Shown here: piece by piece, positions 53,904 through 64,000 of the stretch
Numbering within the stretch: position 1 is the first letter of the stretch
How the letters are laid out: every line of letters begins with the position of its first letter
NCBI GenBank assembly: GCA_003280495.1
Contig: QCET01000003.1
Coordinates: forward strand, 9,208-73,207
DNA from: Pelagibacteraceae bacterium AG-359-E06
GTDB lineage: Bacteria > Pseudomonadota > Alphaproteobacteria > Pelagibacterales > Pelagibacteraceae
DNA length: 64,000 nucleotides
Direction: 5' to 3'
Notes under the pieces: generated by a model
Databases searched by the model: none
Told to the model about the DNA's origin: nothing
Seen by the model: the letters and a program-made list of their open reading frames with translations, nothing else
Position numbers and translations under genes: made by a program

Positions 53904-54909
53904 TTCTATTTACAATAAACTTAGATAATTCTTGTAATTTTTTTACCAAATCATTATTTGCGAACATATTAAGCGAGTCCGATGATACGTTTGAAAAATA
54001 ATCTGCTCTTTTTTTACAATCCTCTAAAATTTTATATTTTCTCAAATTCTCCAAAATAAAATGAAATTCCTCTTCAGTTCTTTCTTTTTTCAAAAAAAGA
54101 TTAATAAGTTTATCTTTTTCTTTACCTATTGACTTTTGAAAAAGTAAAATTATTGGCAAAGTCAGCTTACCTTCTTTAAAGTCATTTCCTATTTTCTTTC
54201 CAAATATTTTTTCCTTTGATGAATAGTCTAAAATATCATCAGTAATTTGAAAGCAAATTCCTAAATTTCTTCCAAATGACTCTAACGCTTCTTTCTCCTT
54301 ATTGGATTTATTATTTATACATCCACCAATTCTCATTGAGGCACCAAAAAGAGAGGAAGTTTTTGCTGCAATGATATCAATGTAGTTTTTTTCAACCATA
54401 TCAACCTGTTTTTCAAATTGTAGTTGCAAAATTTCACCTTGAGCTATTTCAGAAGAAACCGATGAAAGCAGTTTAAGGACTTCTTGTGAACCATCATCTA
54501 CCATCATTTGAAAACATCGGCTTAATAAATAATCTCCTGCTAGTATGGATGCTTTATTTCCCCAAATAGAATTTGTTGTCTTAAAACCTCTTCTAGTTTC
54601 ACTTTTATCAATTACATCGTCGTGTAGAAGAGTTGCATTATGTATTAATTCTACACAAGCTGCTAAATTTATGTGACGCTTTCCCTTGTAATTAAATATC
54701 GCCGAGGAAGAAATTGCCAATAGTGGCCTTATTCTTTTTCCACCTGTTTTCATTAAATGTGAGGACATTTTGCCTATAAGATCTACATGACTTGAAAGTT
54801 TAGATGCAATTAAATTATCTACTTCTTTTAATTCTGGTTGAAATAGGTCTTTTATCTCTAAAAAGGGATTTGAGTCTATGTCTTTAAGAAGAATTACATT
54901 TGAAAACAT
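53896..54909 (-). CDS. ispB: long-chain (octaprenyl-type) polyprenyl diphosphate synthase
   Basis: ATLLHDDVIDKSETRRG and FQITDDILDY. Confidence 0.88.
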   Translation of the reverse strand: MFSNVILLKDIDSNPFLEIKDLFQPELKEVDNLIASKLSSHVDLIGKMSSHLMKTGGKRIRPLLAISSSAIFNYKGKRHINLAACVELIHNATLLHDDVIDKSETRRGFKTTNSIWGNKASILAGDYLLSRCFQMMVDDGSQEVLKLLSSVSSEIAQGEILQLQFEKQVDMVEKNYIDIIAAKTSSLFGASMRIGGCINNKSNKEKEALESFGRNLGICFQITDDILDYSSKEKIFGKKIGNDFKEGKLTLPIILLFQKSIGKEKDKLINLFLKKERTEEEFHFILENLRKYKILEDCKKRADYFSNVSSDSLNMFANNDLVKKLQELSKFIVNRTN

Positions 54910-55023
54910 GTTTTTTTTTAACGTATTTATTGGCTATTTGTTATTAATCAAATGACGCACCCTTCAGTAAAAAATTAACATTACCTTTACGTTTTTGATA
55001 TAAATTAATAAAAGATTCTAATT

Positions 55024-55830
55024 ATGATTTTTAGTAAAAAACCTGTGGTTGCACACATAAGATTAAAAGGAGTAATAGGAAACGTTGGAAGATTCCAACA
55101 AGGGTTAAGTTTGGCTTCAAATGAGGCAATTATAAAAAAAGCTTTCGAAACAAAAAAATTATCAGCCGTGGCTATTTCCATTAACTCTCCAGGCGGATCA
55201 CCTGTTCAATCAAAATTAATTTATTCATTAATTAGAAGATTGGCGGAAGAAAAAAAAGTTAAAGTTTTTACTTTTGCTGAAGACGTAGCAGCATCAGGCG
55301 GATATATGCTTGCATGTGCTGGCGACGAAATTTACGCAAACTCAAGTTCAATTGTAGGCTCTATCGGTGTTATATACGCTGCCTTTGGTTTAAATGAACT
55401 AATTAAAAAAATTGGAGTTGAGAGAAGAGTTTATACAGCTGGTAAAAGCAAAAGCACATTGGACCCTTTTAAAGAGGAAAAACCAGAAGATGTTGAAAGA
55501 TTAAAAAGAATTCAAGAGGATCTACATAAACAATTCATAGAATTGGTTAAATCAAGCAGAAAAGATAAAATAAAACATATGAAAGACGATGATTTATTTA
55601 CAGGAGAATTTTGGTCAGGTGAAAAATCAAAGGATCTTGGATTAGTCGACGGGATAGGTGATATGACAGAAACAATTCAAGAAAAATTTGGAAAAAAAGT
55701 AAAAATAAAAAATTTTGATAAACCAGAAAGTTGGTTAAAGAGAAGACTATCCTCAAATTTGAGTAATGATATAATAAATATATCGTATGAGCTAGAATCT
55801 AGATATTTGTGGAATAAATATGGTTTATAA
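55024..55830 (+). CDS. S49-family serine peptidase (SppA/SohB-like, short form)
   Basis: [11 protein letters not shown] and nucleophile context [13 protein letters not shown]. Confidence 0.8.
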   Translation: MIFSKKPVVAHIRLKGVIGNVGRFQQGLSLASNEAIIKKAFETKKLSAVAISINSPGGSPVQSKLIYSLIRRLAEEKKVKVFTFAEDVAASGGYMLACAGDEIYANSSSIVGSIGVIYAAFGLNELIKKIGVERRVYTAGKSKSTLDPFKEEKPEDVERLKRIQEDLHKQFIELVKSSRKDKIKHMKDDDLFTGEFWSGEKSKDLGLVDGIGDMTETIQEKFGKKVKIKNFDKPESWLKRRLSSNLSNDIINISYELESRYLWNKYGL

Positions 55831-56732
55831 TGGTAAAAAAAAAAATTAAATCTATAAAACAAAAAAAAAGTTCAAAAAATAAATATCTTACGTTTCAAGA
55901 AATAATATTTAGTCTTCAAAATTTTTGGTCTAAGCAGGGTTGTGTAATTCTCCAGCCTTATGATTTAGAAGTTGGCGCGGGAACATTTCATCCAGCAACA
56001 ACTTTAAGATCTTTAGGACCTGATCCATGGAAAACTGCTTATGTACAACCTTCCAGACGACCAACAGATGGAAGGTATGGAGAAAATCCAAATAGGCTTC
56101 AACATTATTATCAATTCCAAGTTTTAATTAAACCATCTCCAAAAGACATACAAAAACTTTATCTTAAAAGCTTAACTGCTTTAGGAATAATTTATAAAAA
56201 TCATGACATTAGGTTTGTGGAAGATGATTGGGAAAGTCCAACACTAGGAGCTTCAGGTTTAGGATGGGAAGTTTGGTGTGATGGAATGGAAATTACACAA
56301 TTTACATATTTTCAACAAATGGCAGGTTACGAATGCAAACCTGTATCAGTAGAAATAACTTATGGTTTGGAGAGGATATGCATGTTTATACAATCAAAAG
56401 ATAGTGTTTATGATTTAGACTGGAATGATCAAGGCACAAAGTATAAAGATATATATTTAAGATCTGAAAAAGAATACTCAGCTTATAATTTTGAACATGC
56501 AAATACCGATACATTATTGCAAACATTTATTGGAGTTGAAAATGAATGTAACAATCTTTATGAAAAAAAACTCTGTTTACCTGCTTACGATCAGTGTTTA
56601 AAGGCTAGCCATATTTTTAATCTTTTGGACTCACGGGGTATTATTAGTGTAACAGAAAGAGCTAATTATATTAACAGAATTAGGTCACTAACTAAAAAAT
56701 GCGGTGAGCTATGGTTAGAACAACCTAAATGA
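55830..56732 (+). CDS. glyQ: glycine--tRNA ligase alpha subunit
   Basis: [17 protein letters not shown] and [28 protein letters not shown]. Lys-rich N-terminal extension of about 12 aa. Confidence 0.96.
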   Translation: MVKKKIKSIKQKKSSKNKYLTFQEIIFSLQNFWSKQGCVILQPYDLEVGAGTFHPATTLRSLGPDPWKTAYVQPSRRPTDGRYGENPNRLQHYYQFQVLIKPSPKDIQKLYLKSLTALGIIYKNHDIRFVEDDWESPTLGASGLGWEVWCDGMEITQFTYFQQMAGYECKPVSVEITYGLERICMFIQSKDSVYDLDWNDQGTKYKDIYLRSEKEYSAYNFEHANTDTLLQTFIGVENECNNLYEKKLCLPAYDQCLKASHIFNLLDSRGIISVTERANYINRIRSLTKKCGELWLEQPK

Positions 56733-58792
56733 ATTACAATTTTTTTTTAGAAATTTATTCTGAGGAGATACCTTATTTACTTCAAAGTAGCGCTAGGAAC
56801 CAATTAATAAAAATAGCCGAAAATAATTTTAAAGATAACATTATAAGTTTTAAAACTTTAGAATGTTTGTCTACTCCTAAAAGACTAGTTTTATTAGCAG
56901 AAGAAATGGTCACAAATATTATATTACCAAGCAAGGTTATTAAAGGCCCAAGAGTTGGTTGTAATGATGAAGCTTTGGCTGGTTTCATGAAATCACAATC
57001 AATTAACAAAGAGGATCTTATCGAGGAAGATACTGGAAAGGGTAGGTTTTATTTTTATAAATCAAAAAAAAAAGAGGTGAATACTATTGAGATACTCCAA
57101 AAAATACTAACTGAATTTTTAAGTGAAATTCAATGGAAAAAATCAATGAGATGGGGATCTTATGGTTGCTCTTGGGGAAGACCTCTAATTTCTATAGCAT
57201 GCATGTTAAACAATAAGGTTATTAAATTTAATTTTAATCATTTAGCTTCTAGTAATGTTATATATCTAGATGGTCCTTATGAAGAGAAAGAAATTAAAAT
57301 AAAAAACGCCTCTCATTATATCGATACCTTAAAAAAAAATAAAATTATACTAAATCAAGAAGATAGAAAATTTATTATATCTGAAAATTTAAGGAAAATT
57401 TTAAAGAAGAATAATTGTCATGAAGAATTAAATAGTAAGCTTTTAGATGAAGTTGTAAATCTAGTTGAGAAACCGTGCGTTCTAAAAGGCAATTTTAAAC
57501 AAACTTTTTTAGAATTACCACCGCAATTATTAGATTTAACTATGCAACAACACCAAAAATATTTCCCTATGAAGTTAAAAACGGATAATAAACATATTAA
57601 CTACTTTTTATTTGTGTCTAATAACACAGACGTTAATAATTTAATTCTAAAAGGAAATGAGAGAGTTCTTCAAGCCAGGTTATTTGATGCGAAATTTTTT
57701 TGGGATAAAAATAAAAAACAAAATCTTGTAAAGCAAATATCCAAACTAAATAAAATAATTTTCTTTAAAAAGCTTGGATCGATGTACGATAGAACTCAAA
57801 GAATCAGGCAATTATCATCTATAATTGCAGATTTGGTTGGTGCAAATAAAGGTGATACAGAAATAGCGGGTTCTATTGCCAAAGCAGATTTAGTATCAGA
57901 TTTAGTCGGAGAGTTCCCAGAATTACAAGGCGTTATAGGAAGTCATTTTGCAATTCAACAAGGTTTTAGCGAGGAAATATCAAATGCAATAAAAGAGCAT
58001 TATTTACCACTCGGTCCCAAAGATAAAGTACCAAGGTCTAAAATTAGTATTGCGGTTGCCTTAGCCGATAAAATTGATGTTGTTTTGGGTTTCTACGGAA
58101 TAAATGAAAAACCTACAAGCTCTAAAGATCCTTTTGCGCTTAGAAGAAATGCACTTGGAATTATACGAATTTTAATTAAAAATAAATTATCACTTTCTCT
58201 AAAAGAAATATTCAATAATTCTAAGAATTTATACAAAATGCAAAATATAAATTTTGAGAACGAAAGTCTTATTGAAAATTTAAATGAATTTTTTACTGAG
58301 AGATTTAAAATTATTTTAAAAGATTTAGATTTTAGATTAGATATCATCAACTCAATAGTTGATACCAACGGTTGCGATGATATTTATGGAATTTTTAGTA
58401 AAATAAAAACTTTTGATAATTTGTTAAAGCAAAATAGTGGTAAGACAGCTGTGAGTGTCTATAAAAGAGCAAAAAATATTATTAACCAAAATTCTCAAGA
58501 TGAGATACTAGGAAATCCAGACAAAATTTTATTTGAACATCCATCTGAAGACGAAATTTTAATAAAGATTAATGAAATAAAAGATTATTTTACAACTCCT
58601 AGTCGATTAAGGGATTACAACAAGTCAATTGAATTACTATCTGAAATAAAACCCCTTACGGATACATTTTTTGACCAGGTAAAAGTAAATAGTGAAAATC
58701 AACAACTCAAAAAAAATAGATTGGAATTGCTATATTTGATGTGTAAAACATTTGATAAATTTACTGACTTTTCTAAACTTGATGGGGCGTGA
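56729..58792 (+). CDS. glyS: glycine--tRNA ligase beta subunit
   Basis: 687 aa. ATGA overlap with glyQ. Conserved [13 protein letters not shown] and SKDPFALRR motifs. Confidence 0.93.
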   Translation: MNYNFFLEIYSEEIPYLLQSSARNQLIKIAENNFKDNIISFKTLECLSTPKRLVLLAEEMVTNIILPSKVIKGPRVGCNDEALAGFMKSQSINKEDLIEEDTGKGRFYFYKSKKKEVNTIEILQKILTEFLSEIQWKKSMRWGSYGCSWGRPLISIACMLNNKVIKFNFNHLASSNVIYLDGPYEEKEIKIKNASHYIDTLKKNKIILNQEDRKFIISENLRKILKKNNCHEELNSKLLDEVVNLVEKPCVLKGNFKQTFLELPPQLLDLTMQQHQKYFPMKLKTDNKHINYFLFVSNNTDVNNLILKGNERVLQARLFDAKFFWDKNKKQNLVKQISKLNKIIFFKKLGSMYDRTQRIRQLSSIIADLVGANKGDTEIAGSIAKADLVSDLVGEFPELQGVIGSHFAIQQGFSEEISNAIKEHYLPLGPKDKVPRSKISIAVALADKIDVVLGFYGINEKPTSSKDPFALRRNALGIIRILIKNKLSLSLKEIFNNSKNLYKMQNINFENESLIENLNEFFTERFKIILKDLDFRLDIINSIVDTNGCDDIYGIFSKIKTFDNLLKQNSGKTAVSVYKRAKNIINQNSQDEILGNPDKILFEHPSEDEILIKINEIKDYFTTPSRLRDYNKSIELLSEIKPLTDTFFDQVKVNSENQQLKKNRLELLYLMCKTFDKFTDFSKLDGA

Positions 58793-61464
58793 TGAGTATT
58801 TGGGTATATGATTTTGATAGAAAAATAAAAAGCGGAAGAGCTCCTTTAAAAAACTTGTTGGGTGGTAAAGGTGCCAATCTATCAGAAATGATAAGGATAG
58901 GATTGCCTGTCCCACCTGGTTTTACGATTTCAACTGAAGCATGTAACGAATTTTATAAAAGAAATCAAAAATACCCTAAAAGTCTTGAAAAACAGGTAAA
59001 GACATCAATAAAAAAAATTGAAAAAAAATTAAAAAAAAATTTTGGTGATAAAAAAAATCCATTGCTAGTTTCAGTAAGATCAGGAGCCAGAGTTTCAATG
59101 CCAGGAATGATGGATACAGTGCTAAATCTAGGTTTAAATGATGAAACAGTTCAAGGATTATACAAAAAAACAAACAATGAAAAATTTGCTTATGACAGTT
59201 ATAGAAGATTTATTCAAATGTATAGCAATGTTGTTCTTGGAATTGATCATCATAATTTTGAGGATCTTATTGAGAAGTATAAACTTACTAAGGGAGTTGT
59301 TTTAGATACAGATTTAGATGCTTCAGATTGGAAAGAATTAATACTTAATTTCAGAGAAGTCATCAAGGAACAAACCAAAAAAGAGTTTCCGCAAAATGTT
59401 TTCGAACAACTTTGGGGAGCTATAGGAGCAGTGTTTTTGTCATGGAAAAATCAAAGAGCAAAAACTTACAGAAAATTAAATAATATTCCTGAAGAATGGG
59501 GTACAGCGGTTAATGTGCAGTCTATGGTTTTTGGAAATATGGGAAGTAACTGTGCTACCGGTGTTGCGTTTACGAGAAATCCTTCTACTGGTGATAAAAA
59601 TTTTTATGGCGAATACTTAATTAATGCACAAGGAGAAGATGTTGTAGCTGGAATAAGAACGCCGCAAAATATAACTTTAAAGGCGAGAAAAGAATCAGGC
59701 TCTAATGAACCTTCCATGGAAGAAGCTATGCCCAAAGTATATCAGCAACTTGTCAAAATTTATAAAAAGTTGGAAAAACATTATAAAGATATGCAAGATA
59801 TTGAATTTACAGTAGAAAATAATAAATTATGGATGTTACAGACTAGATCCGGCAAAAGAACCGCAAAAGCTGCAATAAAGATTGCCGTCGATATGGTTAG
59901 TGAAAAATTAATTAAAAAAGAAGAAGCTTTACTTAGAATTGATCCAAAAATTTTAGATACGCTTTTGCATCCAACTTTAGATCCAAAAGCACAAAAAAAT
60001 ATCATTGCTAAAGGTTTACCAGCTTCGCCAGGAGCTGCCTCCGGAAAAGTAATTTTTACTGCTGATGAAGCAGAGCAACTAAAATCTCAAAGTCAGAAAG
60101 TCATTTTAGTCAGACAAGAAACATCACCAGAAGATATTCACGGGATGAATGCGGCCGAGGGTATTTTGACTTGCAGAGGTGGAATGACAAGTCATGCTGC
60201 AGTTGTTGCTAGAGGCATGGGTAAGCCATGTGTTTCAGGTGTTGGAACTATTCAAATTGACTACGAAAATAAAGAATTTAAAATTAATGATCTAGTTATC
60301 AAAGAAAATGATATTATCACGATAGATGGTTCTACAGGTGAAGTAATAAAAGGAGAAGTTCCGACAATAAAGCCAGATATGTCAGGTGATTTTTCAACAA
60401 TAATGTCATGGGCTGACAATTATAGAAAATTAAAAGTTAGAACAAACGCGGAAACACCGATTGATACAAAAGTAGCTAGAGAATTTGGTGCAGAGGGAAT
60501 AGGTTTGTGCAGAACTGAGCATATGTTTTTTGATGAGGAAAGAATTCTTTACGTAAGGCAAATGATACTTTCTAAAACAAAAGATGATAGAAATAAAGCC
60601 TTAGAAAAAATACTACCTTTTCAAAAAAAAGATTTTGTTGAAATTTTCAAAATTATGTCTGGTTTACCAGTAACTGTACGTTTATTAGACCCGCCTCTTC
60701 ATGAATTTTTGCCGAAAAGCAAAAAAGAAATATCATTAGTTGCAGATGCTTTAAAAATAACAGAAAAGGAAATTGAAAATAGAATTCAAGATTTACATGA
60801 AGAAAATCCAATGCTTGGTCACAGAGGATGCCGATTAGCTATCTCTTTTCCAGAGATTTATGAAATGCAATGCGAAGCTATCTTTGAAGCATTAATTGAG
60901 TGCGAAAAATATAAAGTGAAGTCTATTATCCCTGAAATAATGATACCGCTCGTTTCTACGTCAAAAGAGTTAGAGATACTCAAGAAATTAGTTGATAAAA
61001 AAGCTTTAGAGATAAATAAAAGATACAGTAAAAAAATTAAATATCTTGTAGGTACGATGATAGAATTACCTAGAGCAGCTTTAAATGCCCAGGATATTTC
61101 AAAATATGCAGATTTTTTTAGTTTTGGTACTAATGATTTAACACAAACAACTCTAGGCATTAGTAGAGATGACTCCGGGAAATTTTTGGATGATTATGTT
61201 GAAAACAATATATTTAAGATTGATCCATTTGTAAGCATTGATGTTTCTGGAGTTGGAAAATTAATTAAATACGCGTGTAATGAAGCAAAAGCGCAAAAAT
61301 CGAAAATTAAATTAGGAATTTGCGGAGAACATGGAGGAGATCCAGACTCAATAAGATTTTGCCAAAACATAGGTCTCAATTACGTTTCTTGTTCTCCTTA
61401 TCGCGTTCCTATTGCTAGGCTGGCAGCAGCACAATCATGGTTAATCCGACATAAAAAGCATTAA
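58789..61464 (+). CDS. ppdK: pyruvate, phosphate dikinase
   Basis: GGKGANLSEM, phospho-His context RGGMTSHAAVVARGMG, and C-terminal PEP-utilising TIM domain GICGEHGGDP. Confidence 0.96.
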   Translation: MMSIWVYDFDRKIKSGRAPLKNLLGGKGANLSEMIRIGLPVPPGFTISTEACNEFYKRNQKYPKSLEKQVKTSIKKIEKKLKKNFGDKKNPLLVSVRSGARVSMPGMMDTVLNLGLNDETVQGLYKKTNNEKFAYDSYRRFIQMYSNVVLGIDHHNFEDLIEKYKLTKGVVLDTDLDASDWKELILNFREVIKEQTKKEFPQNVFEQLWGAIGAVFLSWKNQRAKTYRKLNNIPEEWGTAVNVQSMVFGNMGSNCATGVAFTRNPSTGDKNFYGEYLINAQGEDVVAGIRTPQNITLKARKESGSNEPSMEEAMPKVYQQLVKIYKKLEKHYKDMQDIEFTVENNKLWMLQTRSGKRTAKAAIKIAVDMVSEKLIKKEEALLRIDPKILDTLLHPTLDPKAQKNIIAKGLPASPGAASGKVIFTADEAEQLKSQSQKVILVRQETSPEDIHGMNAAEGILTCRGGMTSHAAVVARGMGKPCVSGVGTIQIDYENKEFKINDLVIKENDIITIDGSTGEVIKGEVPTIKPDMSGDFSTIMSWADNYRKLKVRTNAETPIDTKVAREFGAEGIGLCRTEHMFFDEERILYVRQMILSKTKDDRNKALEKILPFQKKDFVEIFKIMSGLPVTVRLLDPPLHEFLPKSKKEISLVADALKITEKEIENRIQDLHEENPMLGHRGCRLAISFPEIYEMQCEAIFEALIECEKYKVKSIIPEIMIPLVSTSKELEILKKLVDKKALEINKRYSKKIKYLVGTMIELPRAALNAQDISKYADFFSFGTNDLTQTTLGISRDDSGKFLDDYVENNIFKIDPFVSIDVSGVGKLIKYACNEAKAQKSKIKLGICGEHGGDPDSIRFCQNIGLNYVSCSPYRVPIARLAAAQSWLIRHKKH

Positions 61465-61847
61465 TGTTATATTTTGCATATGGATCAAATTTATCAATAC
61501 AAAATCGCATAAAAAATAAAATTAATATTATTAAAGTTAAAAATTATAAACTTAAAGGATATAAAATTTGTTTTAGGGATCCATATGGCGATCCAGATCT
61601 AGAAAAATCAAGTAAAAGTTTTGTACCTGGGGTGTTATATAAATTTAATTCTATTGAAGAATTGAAATTAGATAAATACGAAAATTTTCCGCTATATTAT
61701 AAAAAAACATTTATTAAAAACCTAAATATAATGTTTTATGAAATGAATATAAAAAGTAATTATTCAAAAGCAAACCCATTGATATTAAATTATATTATTT
61801 CTGGATACAGAGAAAATAATATACCTTTATCTAGTTTTAATAATTAA
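61464..61847 (+). CDS. gamma-glutamylcyclotransferase-fold (AIG2/GGACT-like) protein
   Basis: N-terminal YFAYGSNL hallmark, about 127 aa. TAATG overlap with the ppdK stop. Confidence 0.55.
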   Translation: MLYFAYGSNLSIQNRIKNKINIIKVKNYKLKGYKICFRDPYGDPDLEKSSKSFVPGVLYKFNSIEELKLDKYENFPLYYKKTFIKNLNIMFYEMNIKSNYSKANPLILNYIISGYRENNIPLSSFNN

Positions 61848-62669
61848 CGAAAAATCAATATTTCTAATCGTATGTGTTAAAGATCCTAATGAGATTCTAT
61901 TAACTCTTGTTTTAGCATATCTTAAAATATTACTTTCGCTAATATTACCTGAAACCTCTGTTTCAATATCACGTGGAATAATTTTCAAACATTTTTTTAT
62001 TTTGTCTATCTTCATGTTATCAAGCAATATTCTATCAATTTTATAATTAATTATATTTTTAACTTGCGATAAGTTATCTACTTCAACAGTAATTTTTTTT
62101 TTGCTTTTATTTTTTTTAATTAGCTTGTAAATTTTTTGATTAAATAATTCATCATAATGATTATCTTTTACAAAAATTTCATCTTCAAGGTTAAATCTAT
62201 TATTTGTACCCCCACCTACGCTGACAGCATACTTTTGCAAATGTCTTAAGCCTGGTATTGTTTTTCTAGTGCAACAAATTTTTGATTTGTATTTTTTGCA
62301 GATCACCATCAATTTATTTGTTTTAGTAGATATACCAGATAATGTTCCAAGATAATTTAATAAAACTCTTTCAATTTTTAAAATAGATTTAATTTTTCCT
62401 TTTAAAGTAAGAATTTTAGTATTTTTTTTAAATTTCTTACCATCTTGTTTAAAGATTTTAATTTTTATTGATTTGTCAATTCGAGATATAATTTTTTTAA
62501 CTATTGGAATTCCACAAAGTACCCCGTATTCTTTAGAAATTATATTTGCTTCAACAATATAATTACGACTTAATAATAAGTTAGATGTGATATCGTTGCT
62601 TGTTGCGTCTTCTAATAAAGATAGCCCAATTATCTTGTTTAAATTCTTAAAATAATTATTTTTGATCAA
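61827..62669 (-). CDS. nadC: nicotinate-nucleotide diphosphorylase (quinolinate phosphoribosyltransferase)
   Basis: TRKTIPGLR and KDNH motifs. Lies 3 nt downstream of nadA. Confidence 0.88.
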   Translation of the reverse strand: MIKNNYFKNLNKIIGLSLLEDATSNDITSNLLLSRNYIVEANIISKEYGVLCGIPIVKKIISRIDKSIKIKIFKQDGKKFKKNTKILTLKGKIKSILKIERVLLNYLGTLSGISTKTNKLMVICKKYKSKICCTRKTIPGLRHLQKYAVSVGGGTNNRFNLEDEIFVKDNHYDELFNQKIYKLIKKNKSKKKITVEVDNLSQVKNIINYKIDRILLDNMKIDKIKKCLKIIPRDIETEVSGNISESNILRYAKTRVNRISLGSLTHTIRNIDFSLIIKTR

Positions 62670-62672
62670 TCC

Positions 62673-63668
62673 TTATCTACCTACTTCAATCATTCTTGAA
62701 ATTGCCTTCTTTGCATTTTTTGCGATGTCTTGATCTATTTTAATCTCATTGTTGTAGTTTTTTAAACAATCTAATATTTTTGGTAATTCAATTTTTTTCA
62801 TATGTGGACATAAATTACATGGTTTAACAAAGTTTATATTTGGATTTTCTATCTGTACATTGTCGCTCATCGAACATTCAGTTACCAAAAAGATATTTTT
62901 AGCTTTAGTGTTTTTTACATGATTAATCATTGAACCTGTTGATCCAGTAAAATCAGATGCTGCTATTACATCGGGAGGACATTCGGGGTGAGATACAACT
63001 TCTAAGTCTTTATATCTAGACTTAATTTCTAAAACATCTTTTTTACTAAATTTTTCGTGTACCTCACATTTACCTTTCCATGAAATTATTTTAACGTTTG
63101 TATTTAATGATACGTATTTTGCTAAATATTCGTCTGGTAAAAATATTACTTCATCTACACCCAAAGACTCAACTACTTTGACAGCATTTGCGGATGTGCA
63201 ACAAATGTCTGTTTCCGATTTAACGTCAGCAGATGTATTTACATATGTTACAACAGGAACATTAGGATATTTTTTTTTTAACTTTCTTATGTCCTCTGCA
63301 GTAATAGATTCGGCTAATGAGCAACCTGCCTTCATATCAGGTAAATAAACTTTTTTTTCTGGAGACATAATTTTAGCTGTTTCTGCCATAAAGTGAACTC
63401 CGCACATTAGGATATTTTTCTCTTTAACTTTAGATCCTTTGATTGCAAGCCCTAAAGAATCACCTACTACGTCAGCTATTCCATAAAAAATGTCTGGTGT
63501 TTGATAATTGTGCGCAAGAATTACAAAATCATTTTTTTTTTTAATTTTATTAATTTCAAATATATAAGGAGCTAGAACTGGCCATTCCAAATCAGGTATT
63601 GATTTCTTTAATTTGTTATAAATTTCAGCTGTACCAGCCTTAACAGTATCATTAAATACAAGTTCCAT
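62673..63668 (-). CDS. nadA: quinolinate synthase
   Basis: ILAHNYQ, VHFMAETAKI, YVNTSA, and conserved Cys ligands (GCSLA, CxxH region NLCPHMK). Confidence 0.93.
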   Translation of the reverse strand: MELVFNDTVKAGTAEIYNKLKKSIPDLEWPVLAPYIFEINKIKKKNDFVILAHNYQTPDIFYGIADVVGDSLGLAIKGSKVKEKNILMCGVHFMAETAKIMSPEKKVYLPDMKAGCSLAESITAEDIRKLKKKYPNVPVVTYVNTSADVKSETDICCTSANAVKVVESLGVDEVIFLPDEYLAKYVSLNTNVKIISWKGKCEVHEKFSKKDVLEIKSRYKDLEVVSHPECPPDVIAASDFTGSTGSMINHVKNTKAKNIFLVTECSMSDNVQIENPNINFVKPCNLCPHMKKIELPKILDCLKNYNNEIKIDQDIAKNAKKAISRMIEVGR

Positions 63669-63744
63669 AATAGAATATTACCAGATTATATTATAATTTA
63701 ATTATATTATTGTCACATTATTAAATATATAAATTGGCTTTTAA

Positions 63745-63828
63745 GCGGTTATGCTGGAATTGGTAGACAGGCACGGTTGAGGGCCGTGTGGGTTTCCCGT
63801 GAGAGTTCGAGTCTCTCTAACCGCACCA
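63745..63828 (+). tRNA. tRNA-Leu (anticodon GAG), long variable arm, CCA encoded
   Basis: Acceptor GCGGTTA/TAACCGC, anticodon arm CACGG-TTGAGGG-CCGTG, variable arm GGG-TTT-CCC, T-arm GAGAG-TTCGAGT-CTCTC, A73, CCA. Confidence 0.93.
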
Positions 63829-63833
63829 TAAAA

Positions 63834-64000
63834 CTAATAACCATTAATTACTAATGTATCTTTAGAGCCGCCGCCTTTTGAGCTATTAACAATTGTACTT
63901 CCTTTTCGTAATGCAACTCTTGTTAACCCACCTGCAGTAACGTACATATTTTTGCCAGTTAAAACAAATGGCCTTAAATCAACATGTCTAGGATCAATTC
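63834..64000 (-). CDS. C-terminal end of a circularly permuted type-2 ATP-grasp protein (COG2308-like); 5' part lies beyond the window
   Basis: My own translation of the minus strand is ...[54 protein letters not shown]. The GGLTRVAL...VNSS.GGGSKDT tail is typical of that family as I recall it. Confidence 0.55.
   Translation of the reverse strand, partial: IDPRHVDLRPFVLTGKNMYVTAGGLTRVALRKGSTIVNSSKGGGSKDTLVINGY

Noticed and set aside
54910-55023. CtrA-like (TTAA-N7-TTAA half matches such as TTAACATTACCTTTA) and DnaA-box-like strings in the ispB/S49-peptidase divergent spacer and other AT-rich spacers.
   Set aside because: Only imperfect matches. Such motifs are frequent by chance in AT-rich DNA, and nothing else (no dnaA, hemE, parAB or gidAB context) suggests an origin or a cell-cycle promoter.

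Overview
This window is a strongly AT-rich, extremely compact stretch of core chromosome. Gene content and order point to a streamlined marine alphaproteobacterium of the SAR11/Pelagibacterales type (inference from synteny and composition only; no search was possible). Supporting blocks are zapA/5-FCL/yebC/ruvC/ybgC-tolQRAB-pal-ybgF-tilS-ftsH-folP-glmM, tkt-gap-pgk-class I fba-thiE, a DUF1013 gene, and a glycine riboswitch on gcvT.

I can support about 70 protein genes, nearly all housekeeping:
- branched-chain amino acid synthesis (ilvIHC, leuA)
- cell shape (mreBCD)
- purine synthesis (purEK, purA)
- glycolysis and pentose phosphate (tkt, gap, pgk, fba, ppdK)
- Tol-Pal
- isoprenoid synthesis (xseB-ispA-dxs, ispB)
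- glycine cleavage (gcvTHP) and glyQS
- NAD synthesis (nadAC)

The window also holds two tRNAs (Arg-UCG, Leu-GAG), one tandem glycine riboswitch and one clear intrinsic terminator (after pal). Neighbouring genes mostly abut or overlap by 1-40 nt (ATGA, TAATG, GTGA junctions). Several convergent pairs overlap at their 3' ends.

I see no transposase, integrase, CRISPR array, toxin-antitoxin pair or defence-type gene, and no convincing evidence for a novel multi-gene system. This looks like an ordinary core region.

The observations most worth a second look are small-scale:
- Two unlisted short ORFs exactly fill otherwise empty spacers with coupled stop/start overlaps: a 54-codon ORF between gcvP and tspO, and a 37-codon ORF after rpoH.
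- tspO appears to be attached to the riboswitch-controlled gcvTHP unit.
- A divergent RuvC-like resolvase has no ruvAB next to it.
- A lysine-rich unknown ORF sits where mrdA/rodA often follow mreBCD.
- The packing is so tight that promoters and terminators must lie inside coding sequence.

The many antisense ORFs in the six-frame track are rejected as shadows of the real genes.
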